Source: Laetmonice hystrix (Eukaryota). From it: a stretch of DNA of 60,000 nucleotides. The translations under genes and the position numbers were made by a program. The DNA is taken from assembly GCA_965235115.1 (NCBI GenBank), contig OZ249436.1, positions 40,426,001 to 40,486,000 on the forward strand. Direction: 5' to 3'. Below are positions 50,793 through 60,000 of this stretch, piece after piece. Within the stretch, counting starts at the first letter, position 1. Each line of letters begins with the position of its first letter. The notes below the pieces were generated by a model. It saw only the letters and a list, made by a program, of their open reading frames with translations, searched no databases and was not told the DNA's origin.

Positions 50793-52756
50793 TGGGCCTA
50801 TTGCACAAGATTGGCGACGGCTGTCGCGGCCAAAATCGCCGTTCCGCGACGGTCGCGGAACGGCGAGATGGGCTGCGATAGCTTGCATTGCACAACTAGA
50901 GATGGCGACGGCTTGCATTGCACAAGTAGAGATGGCGACGGCTGTCGCGGAACGGCGACGGCTGTCGCGGAACGGCGACGGCTGTCGCGGGACGGCGACG
51001 GCTGTCGCGGGATGGCGACGGCTGTCAATATCAAAACTTTTCGGGTGGATGCCCTTAGACCCCCCAGCGGACCCTGCAAAGAAAGAGGGGACCGAGATAT
51101 ACCTTATGGACCCACAATGGGACCGCCTCGACCCAGGACAGGGACCGAAACGGACCGTCAAAGTACGGAACCCTACCGAAACGGACCCTATAGGGGACCA
51201 GGTATGGACCAAACGGGCCCTACAAATAAAGAAGGGACGGAGATATACCTTATGGACCCACCATGGGACCGCCTCGGTCCAGGGAAGGGACCGAAACGGA
51301 CCGTCACAGTACGGAACCCTACCGAAACGGATCCTAGGGGACCAGGTATGGGCCGAAACGGACCCTACAAAGAGAGAAGGGATCGACATATGGACCCACA
51401 ATGGGACCGCCTCGGTCCAGGGCAGGGACCGAAACGGACCGTCAAAGTACGGAACCCTACTGAAACGGACCCTAGAGGACCAGGTATGGACCGAAACGGA
51501 CCCTACAAAGAAAGAAGGGATGGAGATATACCTTATGGACCCACAATGGGACCGCCTCGGTCCAGGGCAGGGACCGGAACGGACCGTCAAAGTACGGAAC
51601 CCTACTGAAACGGACCCTAGAGGACCAGGTATGGGCCGAAACGGACCCTACAAAGAAAGAAGGGACGGAGATATACCTTATGGACCCACAATGGGACCAC
51701 CTCGGTCCAGGGCAGGGACCGAAACGGACCGTCAAAGTACACAACCCTACTGAAACGGACCCTAGGGGACCAGGTATGGACCGAAACGGACCCTACAAAG
51801 AAAGAAGGGACGGAGATACACCTTATGGACCCACAATGGGACCGCCTCGGTCCAGGGCAGGGACCGAAACGGACCGTCAAAGTACACAACCCTACCGAAA
51901 CGGATCCTAGGGGACCAGGTATGGGCCGAAACGGACCCTACAAAGAGAGAAGGGATCGACATATGGACCCACAATGGGACCGCCTCGGTCCAGGGCAGGG
52001 ACCGAAACGGACCGTCAAAGTACGGAACCCTACTGAAACGGACCCTAGAGGACCAGGTATGGACCGAAACGGACCCTACAAAGAAAGAAGGGATGGAGAT
52101 ATACCTTATGGACCCACAATGGGACCGCCTCGGTCCAGGGCAGGGACCGGAACGGACCGTCAAAGTACGGAACCCTACTGAAACGGACCCTAGAGGACCA
52201 GGTATGGGCCGAAACGGACCCTACAAAGAAAGAAGGGACGGAGATATACCTTATGGACCCACAATGGGACCACCTCGGTCCAGGGCAGGGACCGAAACGG
52301 ACCGTCAAAGTACACAACCCTACTGAAACGGACCCTAGGGGACCAGGTATGGACCGAAACGGACCCTACAAAGAAAGAAGGGACGGAGATACACCTTATG
52401 GACCCACAATGGGACCGCCTCGGTCCAGGGCAGGGACCGAAACGGACCGTCAAAGTACACAACCCTACTGAAACGGACCCTAGGGGACCAGGTATGGACC
52501 GAAACGGACCCTACAAAGAAAGAAGGGACGGAGATATACCTTATGGACCCACAATGGGACCGCCTCGGTCCAGGGCAGGGACCGAAACGGACCGTCAAAG
52601 TACGGAACCCTACCGTACGGGCGGGTGTCCCCATACGGCGACGGCTGTCGCCACACGGCGACGGCTGTCGTCATCGCCGTCCACCCGGCGACGGCTGTCG
52701 CCATCGCCGTCCACCCATACGGCGACAGCCGTCGCCAATCTTGTGCAATGACCCCA
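50793..52756. mobile_element. Non-autonomous TIR transposon (ISL2EU/Harbinger-like) carrying an internal satellite
   Basis: TIR TGGGCCTATTGCACAAGATTGGCGACGGCTGTCGC / GCGACAGCCGTCGCCAATCTTGTGCAATGACCCCA, flanked by AT on both sides. Multiple subterminal GGCGACGGCTGTCG motifs. Confidence 0.8.
51069..52615. repeat. 145-bp tandem repeat, about 10.7 copies, with 573-bp higher-order period
   Basis: GGACC-rich unit. The shortened variant AAAGAGAGAAGGGATCGACATATGG recurs at ~51368 and ~51941. Confidence 0.95.
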
Positions 52757-53348
52757 ATGTATGTCATCATGAAGGTTGGCAATACAGGATTAATTTTGTG
52801 TCTTGGACGGGGGGGGGGGGGCAGATATAGACAGACCTATACAGAGGCGATGTGACTAGATATAATTCACATGATTAGTCTCGATTGCCTCAAGCAGGAG
52901 TCGTATCGGTAGAAACAGGTCAAACAGCTACAGCAGAACACTCGGTTTTATCGTATTAAATTCCCGGCACTATATTAGAATAAGAACCCTGTTATCCTGC
53001 TCGGGTATGATTTCTCCAACCCGGGTGTGACGCCCAGTGTTCGGCGTTCTGCCTACATTAACCCGCCCTGAATGCGGTTAGAGGCGAGTCCCATGATAAT
53101 AACCCTGATAAACTCCGCGTTTATTGAGATCTCCCCACTCTCCCATACACCGCAGTGAGAGATAATTGGGTTCACTTTAAGATGTGACCCTTCGACCCAT
53201 TCCTCGTCACTATCAGTCCCATGGTTCTCATTCTGTAGCTCTACTTCACAATGGGAGAGGGAAGTTTGATCTTACACCATGCGAGTGCACGCATTGGTGG
53301 GGTCAAATCAAAGGTCACGGCGGAGTGCGATACGTGTTTAGGGGATCA

Positions 53349-53487
53349 CTATGAAGACTAAGGTGACATTACTCGCCCCGCCACTCGCCCCCTAACCCTA
53401 ACCCTGACCCTAACCCTAACCCCAACCCTTTCCATACCGAGCCGCTAGTAGCGGGGCGGGTATAATGTCACCTTATGGTCTTCATAG
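53349..53487. mobile_element. Small inverted-repeat element containing telomere-type CCCTAA repeats
   Basis: CTATGAAGACTAAGGTGACATTA / TAATGTCACCTTATGGTCTTCATAG inverted ends, with about 6 CCCTAA-like units at 53390-53429. Confidence 0.65.
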
Positions 53488-54579
53488 ATTTCTCATGGTC
53501 CTGTATAGGACGACGCTATTCCCATGCAGATAAGACGCTTAGGGTGTAGCCAGCGGAGGGGTACTCAAACAGTGCCCGTTTATGGTACCCATCAATGTAA
53601 AATGGTCGACTTATAAAATATGCTTATCTGTCTGTCTGTTTCTCTCTCTCTCTCTCTTTCTCTCTCCCTGTAACGAAGGGCACTTTCAATATTGGACAGG
53701 CTTTATTTGTATACATGTGTTTATATGATATGAAATATGGTATGTATATTAATTAGTCCCCCCAGGAGACTAAATATAGCTAAACCAATAATGTAAGGTG
53801 CTAACATAGGTATAAAGGAATGTGTATGTCTTTGATTGCTGAGAAAATACCGTTCGCGAACCAAAATTAGAAAAGCTTGCAGCCAGCAATGCGACATCTT
53901 ATCGCCTGCCATATAGACACGATACTATAGATTTTCACGGAGAGATGCTTTCACCACATTCCAAGGATTCAATCAATAGTACGTATAACAGGGCTGTACA
54001 CTTGGGTCACTATTTCTGGTAGACGCTAAGGGGGTGGGGTGGGGGTGGGGTAAGATACCGACATAAGTATACGCATCATTTTATACTCCACTGACACTGT
54101 GCAGCAAAAAGAATGTAAATATCAATACCGCGATGATCTCCGCATTTTAGAGCGTAGTACAATGGCATGGTTCTACGATGGTATATCGTCTGTAATTCTG
54201 GAGTGTCCGCAATTAGTCCAAGTGTGACTGATTTCGATTTCTGCGTGCTCACATGCACGCCAGAGGCATTGCGGCTCCTTTTCCTGGTATATTATACAGT
54301 ATACAGCCTGGTTGATATCCAATCGACCAACTTTAAGCCTATATCTAAGGTTTGGTTGTGTCCACGGATTTGGGATGTTCAGGAAAACGTGCCCATGCAT
54401 ATAGGCCTACTCATCATCACGTTTACCCTAGATCTATACGAACTTCCATGCAATCAATGAATCATGCAATTCCTATATTACAGAGCACTGTCAGGAAGTT
54501 ACCTTGCCATTTGTCACCTTCTATATCAAGGTATATAGCGATGACGCTCCCGTCAATAGAGCGTGTATAATATACGTAC

Positions 54580-54728
54580 CAGCTAAAGATAGGACCTGGA
54601 GATTTTTCATGGTGTACAGATGCTGTAGGCCGAAGTCTCGCAGTTGGGTGCACCACCGTAGGAAGAGGCGAGTGAGTGACGTCATTGTGGAGAGATACCC
54701 GACCCCAATATCCGTTATGTGCGAACAC
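54580..54728 (-). CDS. FBXL16: F-box/LRR-repeat protein 16, penultimate coding exon
   Basis: Acceptor TTGTTGACAG| and donor |GTACGT. Reads (R)CSHITDIGVGYLSTMTSLTRLFLRWCTQLRDFGLQHLYTMKNLQVLSLA(G), cysteine-containing LRRs matching FBXL16 (C..ITD.G..YLSTM.SL..L.LRWC.Q..DFGL.HL). Upstream exons were not found before 60000. Confidence 0.93.
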
Positions 54729-55233
54729 CTGTCAACAAGCAAGGCAGATCATTCAATTATTTTCTTGACACTCCCCACCCCTGTCAACTCTTTTCTTCCA
54801 CCTGCAGACCTGTATAAAACTGATACTGTTATCTTGTGTCAGTAAACGGGAGTTTGTGGTCAAAGGGCCCCTATGCATTCACACGCGGCGACAAAGTGCA
54901 AAAGACCGCGTATAGTTTCAGACGCCTTTGAAATGTCAAGTTTAACGTTTACCACACACGGCGTTGACCTATATATTTAAGCAGGCCTAGACATGACGTG
55001 TGAGTAAAAGGAGCTGGCAGTAGCCGTTAAGACCACGTTTCAATTGAGATTTATTTTCAGAACTTGTATTAATAGTGTATGGAAGTTAGGGAGAGATCAA
55101 TGGAGAGGTTATAGGTATACATAAGTAGTATATGGAAAGGCGAGGCGAGAACAGTGCCAATGGGCAGAGGTTTGGTGTACGAGTAGTGTGAGTGAAAATA
55201 TGAGGAGGGATTAGTGGTTAGGTATATGTGCAT

Positions 55234-57114
55234 GTAGTGTATGGAAAGTTGAGGAGCGATCAATGGACAGCGGTTACGTGTATGGGTAGTATATGGAAAG
55301 TTGAGGAGCGATCAATGGACAGCGGTTACGTGTATGGGTAGTATATGGAAAGTTGGGGAGCGATCAATGGACAGAGGTTACGTGTATAAGTAGTATATGG
55401 AAAGTTGGGGAGCGATCAATGGACAGAGGTTACGTGTATAAGTAGTATATGGAAAGTTGGGGAGCGATCAATGGACAGCGGTTACGTGTATAAGTAGTAT
55501 ATGGAAAGTTGAGGAGCGATCAATGGACAGCGGTTACGTGTATGGGTAGTATATGGAAAGTTGAGGAGCGATCAATGGACAGCGGTTACGTGTATGGGTA
55601 GTATATGGAAAGTTGGGGAGCGATCAATGGACAGAGGTTACGTGTATAAGTAGTATATGGAAAGTTGGGGAGCGATCAATGGACAGCGGTTACGTGTATG
55701 GGTAGTATATGGAAAGTTGAGGAGCGATCAATGGACAGAGGTTACGTGTATGGGTAGTATATGGAAAGTTGGGGAGCGATCAATGGACAGAGGTTACGTG
55801 TATAAGTAGTATATGGAAAGTTGGGGAGCGATCAATGGACAGCGGTTACGTGTATGGGTAGTATATGGAAAGTTGGGGAGCGATCAATGGACAGAGGTTA
55901 CGTGTATAAGTAGTATATGGAAAGTTGGGGAGCGATCAATGGACAGCGGTTACGTGTATGGGTAGTATATGGAAAGTTGAGGAGCGATCAATGGACAGAG
56001 GTTACGTGTATGGGTAGTATATGGAAAGTTGGGGAGCGATCAATGGACAGAGGTTACGTGTATAAGTAGTATATGGAAAGTTGGGGAGCGATCAATGGAC
56101 AGCGGTTACGTGTATGGGTAGTATATGGAAAGTTGAGGAGCGATCAATGGACAGCGGTTACGTGTATGGGTAGTATATGGAAAGTTGAGGAGCGATCAAT
56201 GGACAGCGGTTACGTGTATGGGTAGTATATGGAAAGTTGAGGAGCGATCAATGGACAGCGGTTACGTGTATGGGTAGTATATGGAAAGTTGAGGAGCGAT
56301 CAATGGACAGCGGTTACGTGTATGGGTAGTATATGGAAAGTTGAGGAGCGATCAATGGACAGAGGTTACGTGTATAAGTAGTATATGGAAAGTTGGGGAG
56401 CGATCAATGGACAGCGGTTACGTGTATGGGTAGTATATGGAAAGTTGGGGAGCGATCAATGGACAGCGGTTACGTGTATGGGTAGTATATGGAAAGTTGG
56501 GGAGCGATCAATGGACAGAGGTTACGTGTATAAGTAGTATATGGAAAGTTGGGGAGCGATCAATGGACAGCGGTTACGTGTATGGGTAGTATATGGAAAG
56601 TTGGGGAGCGATCAATGGACAGCGGTTACGTGTATGGGTAGTATATGGAAAGTTGGGGAGCGATCAATGGACAGAGGTTACGTGTATAAGTAGTATATGG
56701 AAAGTTGAGGAGCGATCAATGGACAGAGGTTACGTGTATAAGTAGTATATGGAAAGTTGAGGAGCGATCAATGGACAGAGGTTACATGTATAAGTATAGT
56801 ATATGGAAAGTCGAGGAGCGATCAATGGACAGAGGTTACGTGTATAAGTAGTATATGGAAAGTTAAGGAGCGATCAATGGACATAGGTTACGTGTATGGG
56901 TAGTATATGGAAAGTTGAGGAGCGATCAATGGACAGAGGTTACATGTATAAGTATAGTATATGGAAAGTCGAGGAGCGATCAATGGACAGAGGTTACGTG
57001 TATAAGTAGTATATGGAAAGTTAAGGAGCGATCAATGGACATAGGTTACGTGTATGGGTAGTATATGGAAAGTTGAGGAGCGATCAATGGACGGAGGTTA
57101 CATGTATGGGTAGT
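55234..57114. repeat. 52-bp minisatellite, about 36 copies, in an FBXL16 intron
   Basis: Unit GTAGTATATGGAAAGTTG(A/G)GGAGCGATCAATGGACAG(C/A)GGTTACGTGTAT(GG/AA). Degenerate precursor copies lie at ~55070-55230. Confidence 0.97.
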
Positions 57115-60000
57115 ATGAGTGGAAAGGTGAGGAGAGAAGTCCTGTATAGAAAATGCATAATATATTATATGGAAAGATGACGATCTAAAGGAGTAAACAG
57201 AACATGTGGCTAATAAATGGAAATATTCAGGCTGGTTAAAGTGACCACATATTGGGCAGATTCTTCAAGGCCGACGACCTTTCTGATTTCGATCCCAAAG
57301 ATCACGTCCAACCTCCAGATACTAATGGCAGGATGACAGACGATAAATATCTTGCGGGAAGCTGTCCTCCATATAGATCACATTTCCCCCCAGTCATAGG
57401 CTCGGGTCACGAAGGCCTCACCGAGTCGATCTGACCTGCCACCACCGGCCTAACCCCACGGGGTTCCAGGTGGTATGGAGGCAGACAGGCCAAACTAATC
57501 CGGCGGAGAGCCCGGCATATTGCGGCCGAGTGGCCAGCATATATTTCTGGGAAGATCCCAGCATATCTGGGCGGAGAAGGCGGCGGGTTTGGCATATATT
57601 TTTGGGTAAATGCTAGCATATCGGGGGGGGGGGCAGCTTGAATGCGGGCGGAGAGGCCGTGTAAAAATTCCGCAATCCCCAAACTGTACGAATCCTTAAT
57701 TCTTTATACAAAGGCCTACATTTTAACCTATGTTTATGAAATCTATAAAATGTATTCACAATTGTGACCGCATGGATTATGATACCGAACTGTCGTATTC
57801 ATCTTCCAAAGAAATTCCAGGTCATTTTGGTGACGAGAAAATTGCATGGTTTGTAGAAACCACTAAGAATGTCAGGCTCAGGGTGTCCCATCATTCACCA
57901 TTAACACGTCACAGTCCCAGCGAAGTGGGAAAGGCCATAGATTAGTTTCAGCAATAATTGCCGGATCTCAAAGCCGAATCACTTAGTAGAGTTACTACTC
58001 GATGCAACCCTCCTGTTGTTTCTAGTTAGTGAAAACGGATTTCCGGTAGCGATATAGTGCAGGCATACTGTAATACCTCTAGTGAACTGGAAAGCCACTT
58101 GAAATCGCACTTGCGACAAAAAAAAACTTATTTACAGGCGTCAGACTCTGAAATGTCAGGCGAGTCAACGAACTTTTTTTTTTACAACCGGGATCCTTCA
58201 TCATTTAGAACACTACCTGGTACAATCAGATTCAGGCTTGGTTTTAAACCAATTACGAGCGGTATTCTTAAGTTGGTGGAACCCAAACAGCAAAGACAGT
58301 AGAACTACGGTCTTTAAAGCATTTTATCCCCCTCACCCCCCCCCCCCCCGTAATGTGGTAGGGATTCATTTTGATAGGCACTGGGGTTAACGAATCAATA
58401 CGAGAGGTCATACTGAACAGACGCCCAAATAGCTTAAGATATGTCGTGTTCAATACTAAGGAGAACCATGCACATCGAGATTAAAGTGTCAAATACACGC
58501 CTTGGCATTTACATGCTCTTTACGACTCCCGGAATCGCTCCCTGCGCGGCGCACGCACGTGCAGGCATTCACAAGCGCCCCCGTTCGGCCTGTTGCGCTA
58601 ATACGGATTCAGCGTTGTCACACAGAGGCAGTCATCAAACCAACCGTCTCTGGCACCTGAGACGTCATAATCATAAAGATGGTCGTTTACGCACATTCCT
58701 TCTGTCAACGCTGTCTCTGGGTCATCAATCTTCTAAATGTAGGGGTAGGCTTAGATTCTTCACAGTACGTTTAGCCATTGACGACGCGAATCGCGGTCCA
58801 TTTGATACCATTTGACATTTGTTTTCTTTAACCCCAGGCATAGTCTATAGATAACAATGGTGGGGTTTTTCTTAGGGGGGGGGGGGGTTAGTATCCTTCC
58901 TCAAATAAGGAGGTTAGGTAATTGACATCTGCCATGTAAGTGGTGCCCTTCATTGCCCAATAAGTGCCATCCTGTAAGGCCAGGAGAATAATGGGACGCG
59001 CCAGGATGAAATAATGCTTCTATAACGGAAACGCTGCAGGCATTAGCGCATCTTTGTACTGCTGTCAGCAGGGGGCATTACTCAGTGTCGTGACGGCGAA
59101 CTCCTCATATCCCTTTTCTCCGACGTAGGGATAGAGAACACGGTCGTTATGGTTGAGGGTCCATTTAGAACACACGACAAAACATGGATGTCTTCCCCGC
59201 CCACCAACGAGAAAACAGCGGAATGAAACAGGAGACAGCGTAGTACGGTGGCCATTTTTCATGGTGTAGATTCAGTGGCATGTTGAGAAGCCTATTGCGG
59301 GAGAATGATCACTAGAGTAGGCGATAGAGAGAGAAATGACGAGGCGGACAGGTAGAACGACGTGCTGAACGAGGCGACTGTTGTTGTTGAGTCCGATCGC
59401 ACAGACTGAGGCAGGTCCTCACCGCGCTCACATAACGCCTGTCATGAATTTTGCAGAGTTCCCGTGACCCACTTTAGGCGGGGTTCAAAAGGGCGTCCAT
59501 GAACGCCCACACTGTCCGCCGGGTTTCCGGGAAAGGTTTGAAATGGCCATGTAGGGATAGTGAGGAATTACAGGGCCGGATCCAGGTCAGCGCCATGGGG
59601 GAGGGGTTGTGAATGTTTGGTTAGAAACTTTGACGAGTAAAAAATAGAAATATCAAGAAGAAAAGGGTTAACGTAATTTTATGTATGCCCTTATATGGCT
59701 TTAATTAAGCAGTGCTAACTATACTACAAATATTTCTGAGGGGGGGGGGGCGTCATAGGACGTCCAGTCCACATAATACGACCACTTCTTAAGAGTATGC
59801 CAGCGAAGCGCAGTCCACTGGTGCTACGTCATAGATCTAAACTTATGCAAGACGATAACCAAAATTGAAGTTTTGAAACATAATGATATGCCTTATTACT
59901 CTTCCCCCTACTTATAGGTAGGCATACCAAGTAAAGCGGAAAATTAAACCCCGAACATAGATTATCGTTGGAGGGTTTGCTAATTAAAATCCGGTGAGAT

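Noticed and set aside
50700..52855. Many overlapping 70-296 aa ORFs
   Set aside because: All derive from the 145-bp array. The unit length is not a multiple of 3 and the same peptides recur in all frames.
54729..60000. Search for upstream FBXL16 exons
   Set aside because: No further LRR-coding segment (e.g. LSWCPRITD-like) was recognised. These exons are presumed to lie beyond the window.

Overview
Repeat-rich, intron-containing metazoan genomic DNA, probably a non-arthropod invertebrate (inferred from GT-AG exons, CCCTAA repeats and the transposon types). It is not prokaryotic: there are no operons or CRISPR arrays, and I recognised no RNA genes. Two convergent host genes are partly visible: the last two coding exons of FBXL16 on the minus strand (54580-54728 and 49894-50042) and the last two coding exons of an unidentified plus-strand gene (26781-26895 and 30470-30523). 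The rest is intronic or intergenic DNA carrying: an internally deleted Academ (AcademX) DNA transposon with TAG...CTA ends and a 3-bp TSD; a TIR-less, hairpin-ended TAG...CTA element with a 10-bp TSD (AcademH-like) that contains a DINE-1/Helentron-type element and sits inside a local complex duplication; a hAT-like element with a 6-bp TSD; an ISL2EU-like element carrying a 145-bp satellite; several Harbinger-like MITEs, including a palindrome with 341-bp arms; and about a dozen unrelated tandem arrays. Nearly all long ORFs in the supplied track are artefacts of repeats. I see no convincing novel protein-coding system. The most interesting signals are structural (transposon architecture and nesting). 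Family assignments rest on recalled motifs and TSD rules, not on database searches.
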